A DNA stretch of 64,000 bases, from the NCBI GenBank assembly GCA_004431415.1, contig QPMI01000514.1, positions 461,888 through 525,887 of the forward strand. Reading direction: 5' to 3'. Shown one piece after another: positions 1-12,200 of this stretch; the stretch's first letter is position 1; the number at the start of each line of letters is the position of its first letter. Origin of the DNA: Cyanophora paradoxa CCMP329 (Eukaryota > Plantae > Glaucophyta). The notes under the pieces were generated by a model. It was not told the DNA's origin, did no database searches, and worked only from the letters and a program-made list of their open reading frames with translations. The translations under genes and the position numbers were made by a program.

Positions 1-3000
1 AGGCGGAGGTGCTGCGCCGGTAAGGCGACGGCTGCCGCTTCATGTTCTGTCCCAGCGCCCTCGTGAACGTGCCCGACGCCGTCTGAGCGTACGGCGACGT
101 GTACCCCGCCGCGTACACCGGCGAGCTCGGCTTGTTCAGCGCGGCGGCCGCGGCGGCAGCTGCGGCGGCGGCGGCCGCTGCCGAGGTCGTCGGTAGCGGG
201 CCGGCGACGGTCGGGCCAGGGATGGTCCCCGCGGTGAGGGGCGTGTAGTTCCAGGGGGCCGGGCCCGGCACGACCCCGGGCGTCCCCGTGCTCCTCCGCA
301 GCGCGTATGCAGCCTGGCCCATGCTCCCCACCAGCACAGGCGCCTGCCCGACGCACACGGTTAGCCGGAAACAAGGGGGGCGCTGCCGGCGGGCGGGCGG
401 GCGGGCGCACGGATTGGGAGCGGGCGACGTTGTCCTGGGGCGTGCCCGGCCGGTTGGCCTGGGAGGGCGAGGGCGGGCGCTGCTGCTGCTGGGCGCCGCT
501 GCTGAAGGCGGGGGCGGAGCCCTGCCGGAGCATCGACTGGTAGGCGCTGGAGGGGGTCTGGGAGATGGGCGCGGAGGGCGGGCGGCGGGCGAGGGCGGCG
601 GCGGGGGGCGCGGGGGTCGGGGCGGGCGCCGCCGCCGCGGACCAGGTCGCGGCGGAGGGGAGGGCCGGCGGGCGCCCGCGGAGCCGGGGGCGCCCCAGCG
701 GAGTAGGACGGGGCGGGGAGAAGGCGGAGGCGTACGCCGGGGAGGCGGCCGCGGGGCTCGGGACGGCCGGCGCGGAGGAGCGGCGGGGGTGCCGGGGACG
801 GCGAGGGCGGCCGCGGGCTCGTGCCCCTCGCGGGCGGAGCGGCGGCGGCGGCCGCCGCCGCTGCCGCCACCTCTGCGCGGTCGCGGGGCGGGCCGGCGGA
901 GGCTGCGCGGGCGTCAGCGGCCAGCGGAGGGTGCGGGGGCGCGGGCGCGGGGCCGCACGCACCGGAGCGGACGGTGCGCTTCTTCTTCTTGGTGCGCATG
1001 CCGCGCGGGGGCGTCTGCGGGCGGCCCGACCCGGCCGACCCCGGCCGGTCGTCCGGGCCCCCGCCCAGCGGGATCAGCGTCCCGCTGTCGGTGCGCATCA
1101 TGCCGCCGCGCCCGCCCTCGCTGGTGTCGAGGGGGCCGTTGGTGGAGGGGTACGTGGCGCCCAGCTCGCCGTCGTCGTCGGCGTCGGCGAGCACGACCGA
1201 GCCGCGCTCGCGGGCCGTCCCCGCCGACATCGGCCGCCCCGCCTGCCGCTCGCCCCCCGACGAGGGCCCCGCCGCCCCGTCCAGCCACGCCTCCGTCTTG
1301 CGGGGCGGGGCGCCCTTCGGCAGGACCCCGGCCCCGGAGTCCCGCAGCGGCCGGATCGTCCCGTTCTGCCCCGCAAGCCGCGCCGGTATCCTGTACTCCT
1401 CTTCGCTCGCCTCCTCGTCCTCCATGTCTCCCTGCGGGCGGCGCGCGTCAGGCGCGCTGCGCAGCGGCGGCCGCGCGCGGGCGAGGCGAGGGCCGCGCAC
1501 GTCGTCGTCGTCCTCTTCCTCCTCCTCCTCGGCGGCGGCCGCGGCGACGGCGGCCGCGGCCGCGGGCGGAATGGCGGCGCGGGCGGCCGTCGCGGGGGCG
1601 TGCCGGGCCGCGAGCCAGTGCCCGTCGCCGGGACGCGGTACTCGGCCCCCGGGAGGCGTCCAGCACCACGGTCCGCTGCGCCGCCTGCGCCTGCGCCGCG
1701 GGGGCCGGCGGTGGGGCCGGGGCCGGCGGCGCCGCCTCGATGGCGCGGCGGCCGCCGCCGCCGTTCTCCACAAGCTCGGGCCGCATCTGGGCGAGCGGGA
1801 CGTGGTTCCCGTTGGCGTCCAGTACGATGCGGATCACGGGGCGCTTGGGCCAGCGCGTGTTGATCTTCGCGGGCCTCGAGAGGCGCCGCCGGAAGCGCCG
1901 CGGGTAGTAGTCCTCGTAGTCCACCTCGCTGCTCGGGTCCGTCTCGGAGCCGCTCGCGGGGTCGTCCGCGTTGAACGGGCAGCTGGTGTAGTCCAGGCCC
2001 GGCGGCCGCACCGGCCGCTGCAGCCGCACGCCGGGCGCCGGCGTCCGCGCGTCGATCCACGTGAGCCGCACCCGCGCCGGCGGCAGGTGCGGCGAGCGCG
2101 CCGACCGCATCTGCTCCTCCGTCACGCAGTCCAGCGCCGAGAACGAGTTGTAGAACTGCGAGGGCGAGGAGAGGTCGCCGTCAGCGGGCGACGGGTGGCC
2201 GCTAACGCTCCTGCGGGAGGGCGGACCGTGTGTTCGAGGACAACAGTCTCGTTCATCTCCTCTTCCGCCCAGTCGGGATCCTTGAATTCGTCGTAGCTAA
2301 CCTCGCCAGCCTGGATTCTGCGCGGCACGGGCGGCTCAGGCGGCGGCGGCCGCTCGCGCGATAATCCCCACGGTCCCGCACCGCCGCTCGAGGATCTTCA
2401 GCTGCCGCAGGAAAGCAGGCTTGAGCTGCATATCCGGCCGCTTGGCGCGCACGTAGTCCAGACTCCTCTGCAGGTCGCGGAAGAAGGTCTTCATGAGGTA
2501 CGCAACGATCACGCAGCAGGAGCGCGCTGCAGACGAGCGAAGTTAGTTGTACGCGGTTAGATACAAGCTTAGCTAAGGACATACAGATGCCGTGGAGCGA
2601 GTGGATGAGGATGCTCTCGCCCATCTCCTGCGCCTCTTTTACGAAGGCGCAGACCTCGTTCAGAGTCTTGTCCTGCGTTGAAAAAGAACGTTTAGATACG
2701 TGCCTGCGCGACATAAAGGAAACGCAAGGGACCTTGCTGTCGAGAACGACTGTGATGTCCGAGTCCGCCCAGCGGTAGGTCAGGTACTTGACGCCCAGGC
2801 TCTGGAAACGGTTCGCCACTTGATGCCCGGCGCAGTTTATGATATGGCTGATCTTGTTCGCCAGCACGAACGCCAGGTCTTGCGAGGACTCGCTCGTGCC
2901 CAGAAACAGCCCATCTTTAATTTTGGCAGCGATGGCGGCCGCTGGAATGACAAGGAGAAAGCGAAACATGGTAAGCCGAGAGCGGGCACACGGTGGGGAG

Positions 3001-3115
3001 CCCATGGCAGCGCACCGGGTGGCGGGGGCGGTGCCATGTACTGAGGCGGCGCAGGGGCGTAGGCTGGGGGCGCATATTGTGGAACCATAGCTGGCGGCGG
3101 CGTGAGGGCTCGCAT
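1..3115 (-). CDS. Dual-specificity phosphatase-like protein (probably catalytically inactive) with long low-complexity C-terminus; spliced, runs off the window start
   Basis: KIKDGLFLG...ANKISHIINCAG...VKYL...FVKEAQEMGESILIHSLHG, then after an intron RSCCVIVAYLMK...SLDYVRAKRPDMQLKPAFLRQLKILE (about 2390-2935) matches the DSP fold. HS replaces HC in the catalytic loop. Start is approximate. Confidence 0.75.
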
Positions 3116-4355
3116 TGGAGGCGGCCTTCTCGCCGCCGGCGAGTTACTGCGGTAACCCCGCATTGTCGGGCCGGAAAGCGTGCGTTTCGATCAGAGCTTG
3201 CTCATGAGCCTATGCTCTCTGTGTGCTGAGAGCGGGCGAGGGCCCGCAGACGCGACCAATTTGGTCGGCCTGTTTCAGCCACGGCGGCACTACAGATTAC
3301 GCGACGAAAGGTTCTGGGTCAAGCTGGGCAGGTCAGAGAACGATAAGAGAAGACCGGCCGCAGCTCCACCGAGAGCTGTGGTGAGCAGGGATACACTGCA
3401 CGTTTGGCCCAGGGGGGGCAATCGCTGCAGCCGCTTTGGGGGTACGGTGCTAATGCAGGTCGACGTCTCTCGGCCCCGACCAGCTGCAGCGATCAGCCGT
3501 GCCGATCGAGATCTAGATCTCTAGCTTTGATTTCTCTTTGAGCTCGTTAAGCCCACTCTGATCTCTTTTGTTCATGGACCCTGGGCGCTAGCGCTGCTCA
3601 TGCGTGGCCCGGCGCCGGCGCCGCGGCGCGCGCGCGCGCCCCCGCGTCGCCGAGTCGGGGGCCCGCGACCGCTCACCACGCGCACGCACGCGCAGCGTGC
3701 ATGTGAGCCGCCGTTGCAATTGCCCGCCCTCTCCATGGCGGCCGTGACTACTAGGCTAGCGCTGAAGCTTCGAATTCGACTTCGCGAGCCCACCGGCGCC
3801 CCGGCGCCGGCCCGCGGCCGCGGCGCCCCCGGACGTCGAACACGGCCAGGCCTAAGTGGGCGGTGCCCCTCTCCTGCGCGGCCCATGCCGGCGCCTGAGT
3901 CGAAGGGGGTCCGTCTACAGCTGCGACGAACCAGGACATGTACAGGAGCAGCTGCAGCTGCAGCTGCAGGCGGTCAGCGCAGCCGACGGCCAGGGCACCG
4001 CGACGGGATATCGAGCTCGCCCCCCTCGATCGCCGGCGCCCTCCTTAATCGCAAGCAGCTGCAGGACCAATGGACCACTGGGCCATGCGCTCGCGTGCCC
4101 CGATCCGCCCCGTCCCGTGCGCCAGAGTCGAGTAAAAAAAAAGGCTGGCGCGGCCTGGTACTCAGCTCACTCGGATGTCATGATCTGCCTCTGCAGAACT
4201 CTAGATCCGATGATCTGACCATAAGACTCGCGCGCGGCCGATGTGCGCGTCATGTCGCGAACGTTAACGCGAACGTTGACGCACGCTTGGTTTTCGCGAA
4301 CTCAAACCGTGACGCTATGAATTCACGTGCACGATCGCGAACGACTCCGGGCGCA

Positions 4356-7300
4356 TCAAAGTGATCGGGCCGAAGAGGGAGCGGCCGCCGCTACGCCCTG
4401 GAGGCCCGCCCGACCTCGACACGCGCCCCGAGCGCCGACACGATGGGCTTGGGCGGCGGGCTCGGCTTGAGCACGCCCTGCGGCGCCGGAGGCTCGAAGG
4501 CGAACAAGGCCGGCCCGGAGGCAAAGGGGAAGCGAAGAAGGGGCCCAGGGCACCTGCACGGGGCTCTTCGCCAGGTTGCGCTTCGCGACCTGGGGCGAGC
4601 CAGTAAAAGGGGTCCCTTTTGCGTACTCCTTCTCTGAGAGCGGGGGGTAAGAAGAAAGAGACCGGGGCCGGGAGGATTCGAGCCGGGGGGAGGGCGGGCG
4701 CACGCATGTTGGCCTTCAGGTTGAAGACGACGCGCTTGTCGGCCCCCAGGGAGGAGCGCCGCTGCTCCGCCGGCGGGGGCGCCGGCGTCGCGGGGGCCTC
4801 CGCCGCCGCCTCCGCCGCCGACGCCGCTGGCGGCGCTTTCGCAGGCGTGCCCTTCGGCCGCTTCGCAGCGCCGTTCACAGGGGCGCCGTTCGCAGCGGCG
4901 CCGTTCGTCGCCGGAGCCGGAGCCGGCGCCTCCGGTCCCTTCCCCTTCTTCCTCCCCGCCGCCTGCTCCTGCGCCGGCGCCGGCGCCTCCGCCTGCGCCT
5001 TGGCGCCCGCCTTGGCCTCGGCCTGCTTCTTCTTCGGGCGCTTCGCCAGAGGGGCCGCCTCCTCCTCCTCGCCCCCGCTGCCGCCGCTGCCCTCGCCCCC
5101 CGAGTCGGGGCCCTCGCCGCCCTTCCACGGGGCCACCCACGCCTGCGCCCGGAGCTCAGCTCGGCGCAGCCGGCGCCAGGCGGCCTGCCCGCGCCTTCTT
5201 CTTCTCCCGGTTCGCCTTGCGCTCCTTCTTGCGCTCCGCCTTGCGCTCCGCCCCGAGGTCCCTGCCCACAGTCAGACGGGCCGGGCCCGCAGCCGGCGCC
5301 CCGCACGCCCGCCGGCCCCCCGCAGGCCCGGGGCGGCTCGCCTGCTGGCCTCGGCCTTGGCCGCCTCCTCGGCCGCCCGCGCCGCCTCGCGCGCCTCCGC
5401 ACGCTTCGCCTTCTTCCTCGCCTTCGCCTCTGCGCCCGCGCGCGCCACGCCCGTCGGTTCCTCCCACGGTACCCCACGAACACACCACCCCAAGCGGCCG
5501 CGCACCGGCCTCGGCTTCTCGCCGCTTCCGCTTCCGCACCGCCTCCTGCGTGCCCCCGGCACAGGTTGGCGCGGGACCACTGGCGTACCCCCGTGGCGCG
5601 CACCTCGTTCTCCGGCTCCTCCCCGCCGTCCTCCTCCTCCTCTACCCCCACAAGCTTGTCCGCCTCCGCCGCCGCCTCGGGATCCACGTTTCGGATCGCC
5701 TGCATTCCCCGTCAGATGCGGCGTACCCCCTCGTCCGAGCCGGACGGTACGGCACCTTCACGAGGCCCTTCCGGACCTTGTGTATGTCTGCCCGGTACCC
5801 CTCCCGAGTCCGCCTGCGTCCACCGCCGGGGGTCGGGAGGGGAGGGAAAGGGGGGTACACGCGCTCACGGACCTCGCAGCGGCGAGCCTGAAGAGAGCCT
5901 GGGCGAGGGACACGGGATCGATGGACTTCGCGACCCGCGCGGCTGCCGACGGCTCCTTCGGGCCCTTCTCCTACGGGCGCCGGCCTCGGCCGGGGTACGG
6001 CGCCGCGCCGCAAGTGGGGGGAGGCGGCCACCTTCTTCTCGCCCTCCTCGTCCTCCTCGTCGTCCTCGTCCGACTCGGGCGGCCCGTGGTTCTGCGCCCC
6101 GCACGACGCCATCAGCCCCCACCCGGGGACGGAATGCGGTACCCCGGCGCTGCTTCCGCACCTCGCGGTACCCGTCCACGATCGCCTCGAAGATCGAGTC
6201 GCGTACCCGCCCGAACATGCGCCTAGGCGAATCACGCGTGAGGCGCCACCCGCGATCGGGGGTTGGGCGGGAGGGGGAGGGGATAGGGGAGGGGGCGGGG
6301 GGGAGGGGGGGTACGCGCACTTGTCGGCGGCACGGGCCAGGAGGCCCAGATAGGGCTCGAGGAGCGCCGAGAGGGCATCCCGCGGAGGCTGCGCCTGGAT
6401 TCGAACCCGCGCACTTGGAGGGGGGGGCACGGCGCCGGCGCACGTCGCTGGGCCCGAGGCTGGGCAGGAAGACTTCGGAGACGTGCAGGGCGAGCCCGAT
6501 CGGCGAGGCCTGCGCGCGGGGTACGGGCTCGAGGGGGGTGCGGGGTAGTTGGGGGGAGAAGGCTAGCCTGGCCGGTGGGGTCGAGGACGGTGGAGGCCAG
6601 TACCCCCGCGATGCAGCCGACGACCTCGGCGTCCCAGTCCCGCTTCGCGGCGTACGCGAACCCCGCCTCGAGGAACTTGCGAACGAGGGCGTAGTACTTC
6701 TCGATGCTGAGGGGCGGGCGGCGGGTCAGCCGGGGCCGCGGGCGGGGGGCGGGGGGCGGTCAAGCCGCGTGGGGCGGGTGGGCGGGCGCACCGGAGGCGG
6801 TCGATGCGCTCCCACTCGCGGCACATCGTCTCGAAGAACGTCTTGTAGTACAGCAGGCCCCTGTCGCCCGGGAAGACGTGAATCATGGACGCCAGGCGCT
6901 CAGCCAGCTCCATCTGCACGATCGGCCTGCCCGCCCCCAGCCCCGCCGGCGCCGTGAGCGGCGTCCCGAGCGGCGCTAGCGGTGACCGCCGGCGCGCACT
7001 TGTCCGAGTGCCACATGCAGTAGAACAGGCCCTTCCATATCTTGATCAGGTCCGCCTCGCCTATGTGCTGCTGCTTCGAGAACCACTTGGAGAGGACCTT
7101 GACCGTCTTGTCGCGCACCGCTTTGTCTGCGCATGCCAGCTAGATCAGCTTCGGCTTCCTCGGCGCCCCGGATGCCGCCGCGGGCACTCCCGATCGGCCC
7201 TAGCGTGCGGAGCGCCGGCGGACGGCGCGCGGTGCGACGCGTCGACCACGAGGGCTTAGGAGCGTCCGTACGTGCCACATACGCCCCGGGGCAAGCCCGC

Positions 7301-7437
7301 GGCCCCCGCGCGCGTCCGTCCGCTAGCTAGAAGTTTCGTGGCGCGATCGCATGCCGGCGGGGCCACGCACCAGAGGCGGCGAGTCTGCGCCCGAACCGCA
7401 CGTCCCGCTTTGCAGGCTGATCCTCTCCGTCGCTCAT
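4356..7437 (-). CDS. RRP1: Ribosomal RNA processing protein 1 (Nop52 family), spliced
   Basis: FGRRLAAS...RDKTVKVLSKWF...LIKIWKGLFYCMWHSDK...QMELAERLA...TMCREWERIDRLR are Nop52 signature blocks; C-terminal KRVVFNLKAN and PQGVLK motifs. Confidence 0.9.
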
Positions 7438-7799
7438 CGCAAGGCGCGCTCTAACTTCGAAGCTGATCGGTGTTGGGGGGGTACAAGTGCAAGAACACGT
7501 GCACAAGAATTGTGGGGAGCACGGCCTAGTGGCGAGCGTGGAGGGTGCATGAACAGTTAATGGTGAGCCCGCAACAGAGCTAGCCGCATCCGCACCCCTG
7601 TTCCAACCGCTGTCGGCAGGGGTGCAAGGGCTCCAAGAGCGAGAAGTCGCACAGTCCGACATCAGGCGTGCATCCTGCATTCATCACCAACCCTTGATTC
7701 TGACCGGGGAGCAGAGAGGACACCGGCTGGCTCGCAGTCGCATGCTATCAAGACGCCGCCTTCCTGGAAATCGGATACGCCGCTCTCCAGGCTTCGGCT

Positions 7800-8530
7800 G
7801 AAACGGTACCATGACACCGTCGCAATTCTGCTCCTGCCCGAACCGGCACCGCTGACTCCAATTGTCGTGCTCAGAATGCGCGAGGAATTCTGGTCCGCGT
7901 GCTCTCTTTTGGCTTTGTGATAGCTGCAGCTAAACATTCTCGCTTCCGCCCCCTCGTCTCTTGCCTCTGTGACAGGGACACGGTCTGCACAGCCTCCCGC
8001 GCCCCTGAGCCGTTTCCTGACTTCCGCACGCGGCCGCAGCGCGTCGAGGGTCACAAAGAGACTTGGGACACGCTCAAGGGGTTCGCGGCAAGCGATCCGG
8101 GCGCGGCTTTTCGGATCCTTACGCGGGCCGCCGCAGGATCGTGGAGTTTGTACAGGCGAAAGACCTCGAGGTGCGTGCGCGCCGCGCTCGCTGGCGCGCG
8201 CGCGTGCGCCGCCGAACCTCTCCGCACGCAGATGGCGAACGTGGCGGCTCAGAGCGCAGGCGCGAACCGCCGGCTCAGCCCCGCGCCGCGCCGCGCTGGC
8301 CGCACGCTGAGGCGCCGCAGGCATCGTGGTGCCGCCCTCGGGGACGCTCAACGAAGTGTACGACGCGCTGGGAGTGAGCTACAAGCTCCCCCCGTTCGTC
8401 ATCAGCGACCCGTCGAACGTGCGCGCCGCGCCCCGCGCTCTGGGCCCCGGGGGGCCCGTTGGCACCTCACCCTCCCCCGCCAGATCGCGCCGGACACTCT
8501 GGACGACGGGACGACGCGCGATGACATGAA
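7800..8530 (+). CDS. Ubiquitin-domain-containing protein UBTD/DC-UbP-like (N-terminal ubiquitin-binding domain), spliced
   Basis: MREEFW / RVEGHKETWDTLK / GIVVPPSGTLNEVYDALGVSYKLPPFVISDPSN resemble the UBTD1/2 UBD blocks (EFWDT, GRKEIWDAL, CYDELGNRYQLP). Ends approximate. Confidence 0.7.
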
Positions 8531-9252
8531 GCGGAGGTGCGCGACCCGACGCGTCGCGGCGCCCCCGCCCCTCGAGCTCGGCCCCATCCTGATGCGGCGC
8601 CGCCAGCGCCATGGTCTGAGCGTGTCTCCCTCTCTTTCTCTCTCTCTCTCCCTCTCTCGGCAAAGCGCTCTCCTCGCCCCCCCTGCGGCGGCGGTGGCGC
8701 GCATCGCCCTCCTGCGCCTCCCTCCATGCAGCTGGGCCCCTCCTGCCCGAAGCTGCCCTCTAGTGACCCGCACCTGTGAGAGTGCTTATTTCTCGCTGCT
8801 CGTAGTGACATTTCAGAGCATTTCCAGTTTCTTCTTGAGTTCAGCTGTTTGTTAACTTATCATAGCAACTATGACAGCATCTAGCTGTGTGTAGCCTAGG
8901 TAATCTCTGGAGACGACTAGATGAGCATGTCGACAACATGCAAATAAGCCTGCAAAAATGCAGCTAACGCCATCCAAAATATCGCTGTATGCGAGTACCG
9001 TTAAGTTAGCAGAAGGGTGGAAGGGTGTCTGGGCGGTGCAGCGTGGGTCCGGGGTCAATGGCTCCGGCGGGCAGGGAGCGGGAGGGGAGGGGCTGCGAGG
9101 GCCGCACGCGGAAGCGAGCGGCGTGGGCCGCCGAGGGGCCGCCTGCACTTAAAAGTGACCGCCCGAGAAGCGATGCGTGAGGGGGTAGAGCAGGCTCTGC
9201 GGGGCAAGTCGAGGGGGCCTCGGGGGCGCCCTCCGGGGCGCTCGCTGGCCGG

Positions 9253-12200
9253 CTAGCGGAGGAGGGCGAGGATCTCGACGCGGGCCGAGGCGAGCGCCGC
9301 GTCGTCCACCGCCGGCTCCGCCGCGTTGAACCGCTCCTCCGCCGCCCCCTCCGCCGCCCCTGCCTCGGCCTGCGTCGCCGGGTCGGGCGGCTCGGCCGGC
9401 GGCTCGGCCGGCGGCTGCGGCTTGAGGCTCTCCGTCCGCCGCGCTGGCGGCGGCGGTGGCGGCGGCGGTGGCGCGTCGGGCGGGGCGGCGGGCGGCAGGG
9501 GCGGGGCGGGGCCCTCCCCTGGCGCCTCGCGCGGCCGGGTGTCCGGCTCGCCCTGCTCCAGGGCCGGCGCCGAGGGCCGGTCGGGCTTCGGCGGCTCGCC
9601 CGGCTCCGCGGGGACGGCGCGCGGCCCGTAGGGCCGCGCCGTCCCGAAACGCCGCTGGCGGCCGCCGTGCCCCATCTCGAGCGCCTGCCGCCCGCGCTTC
9701 CAGTTGAACAGTGCGCGCCGGTTGTCGCTGGCGCCATTGCGATCTGTGAGCGGGTACGGCGTTTGGGTCTTGCTGGGGTTCGCCTCACCCAAGGTGGGGG
9801 AAGATGGCAAGAAGGCGCTCCCTGGGGAGGGACCGCAGATACTCATTCACTGCCCTGTACCCCCCCGGCGGTGAGAGGGGGCAAAGATTTAGAGGTACGG
9901 GGTACCCCGGGGCGCACTGGAGGGGGATACGCAGCACGCGGCAGTCCGTTGATGCGTTGACGTTAAAGTGGTTCCACGGCTGCGGAGGGCGCGACACCAA
10001 ATCAGCCCCCAACAGCGCACAACTTGCGGGGTGCAGCCGACGGGGCGGGGTACGCGCCTGGCGCCTGTGGGCAGGGGCTGGGTTCCCGTGCTCATCTCGT
10101 TGCTCCTGCTCCCGGGCGCGAATGAGCACGCGACGGCGGAGCGGGCTAGATTGATTAGAAGATGGGCGATTCAAAGGCTAAGCGAGAGGATGCGATTTGA
10201 AACGAGGATCGGGGGCGGGCGGGGTGCGCGGGGTGCGCGAGGTGGAAGCGGGGGGCGTTGCGGGGCGGGGCGGGGCGCACGGCCGGGGCCTGGCCGATGG
10301 CGGCGGCGAGGGCGGCGATCATGGGCGCCTCCTCCTCCGACTGCAGCAGCAGGTTCGCCTCGTCCGTGTGCTCCCCCTGCGCCCCCCCCCCTCGCTCCCC
10401 CGCCCCCGCCACGCGGCGCGCCCGCAGCTCGAGCTACGTCCGGGGCGGCCGCGCGCCTGCTTGATGGTGCCCAGAGGCTCCCGCCGCCCGTCGGGGCAGA
10501 CGCGCTCCTGCGGGGGCGTGAGGGGGGGAAGAAGAGGGGGCGGGGGACGGGGGCGGGGGGGCGGGCCTTGGCGAGGACGCCGCTGATGACGAGGTCGAGG
10601 CGGGTGGCCGGGGTCTCCTGCGAGCTCACCCGGTCCCCCGCCTTGTACATCTCTACCGTCGCTGCTCCGCCCCCGTCGGCCACGCCGGCGCACTCGCTGG
10701 GGCGGGGCGGGGCGGGGCGGGCGCACAGCACTTGGCGAGGGCCTCGATGGAGGCCGCGTCGCCCTCGCGGAAGGGGCGGAACTTGCAGATCGCCGCCGCC
10801 AGCTGCCCGCCCCGTCGGTCGGGGGCGCAGGGGGAGGAGGAAAGCAGGAAGGGGCGGATAGATGCGCGCCTGCTCGAGGGTGCGGGCGGGGCCGATCGGC
10901 TCCTCGAACTCGTCCTCCTGGGGCCCGGCGTCGGGGGCGGGGAGCGGGGCGGGGTACAAGACGGGGGCGGGCGGACGTGGGCGAGGAGGCGGGCGAAGGC
11001 GCCCCCGGCCTTGGCCAGCTCCTCGTACTTCCCTGCGACGCGTCGGGGGCGCCGGGGCGCGCCGGGCGGGGCGGCGCGGGGCGGACCGCGCTCGACGATG
11101 CGGCCCTTGTCGAGAACGATGACCTCGTCGCACTTCTCCGCCGCCGCCAGCCTGCCGCACCCGCGCGCGCGCGCGCGGTCACACCGGGTGAAAGGAAGCG
11201 AAGCGGGGGCGGGGGCGGGTGCGGGGGCGGGGGCGCGCCTGTGGGTGACCTGGATGACGGTCATGCGCTTGGAGGCCTCCTCGATCATCGCGTTGATGCG
11301 CCGCTCCGTCTCCGCGTCCAGCGCCGACGTGCACTGCCCGCCCCGCTCACATCAGGCCCGATCTGATCCCTCCTCGCATCGGATCGGATCCGATCTGATC
11401 TGACCTCGTCGAGGATGAGGATCTTGGGGTCGCTGATGAGGGCCCGCGCGATCGAGATGCGCTGCTTCTGCCCCCCCGACAGCGACTTCATGCTGCCGGC
11501 GTGCACGGGGTTGGAGGGGGGTACAGGGTTGGGCGGCGGGGGAGGCACCTGATCTGCGTGTCGTAGCCCTCGGGCAGCTCCTGGATGACGTCGTGGACCT
11601 GGAAGGACGGGGCGGAGGTTGGGGGGAGGAAAAAGGGCGGGGGCGGGGCGGGGGCGGGCGCCTGGGCGAGCTGGGCGGCGCGGACGACCTCCTCCTCGCT
11701 GGCGCCGGGCCGCCCGATTGCGATGTTCGTCCGCACGCTGTCCGCGAAGATGAACGCCGACTGCGCAAGAGGCGTCGGGTGGTACAAGAGAACGGGGGGG
11801 ACGAGGGCGGGGGGTACAGCGCGGGCCGACCTGCTGGACGACCCGGACGTGGCGCTTCCAGGCCGCCCGCGGGATCTCGTGCAGCCTCAGGCCCCCGTAC
11901 GCGATCTGCTCCGCCCCGCGGCGCTCGGTCGGTCGGTGCCGGCGGCGGCGGCGCCGAGAGGGAGTGGGGCGGGGCGCGCGTGGCCGCGGGTGGGGCGGTA
12001 GTTGCGCATGAGGATGCCGAGGAGGGTGGACTTGCCGCAGCCGGAGCCGCCCACGATGCACACCGAGGTGCGCGGCCGGATCGTCAGCGAGAGGTGGTGT
12101 ACCACCTGCCGGCCCCCGCCCCCGTCCCGCCCCCGCCGCCGCGCGGGAAAGCGGAATTGTATGCGGACCAGGCGGGAATCGAAGGAGCGGTACGCGAATC

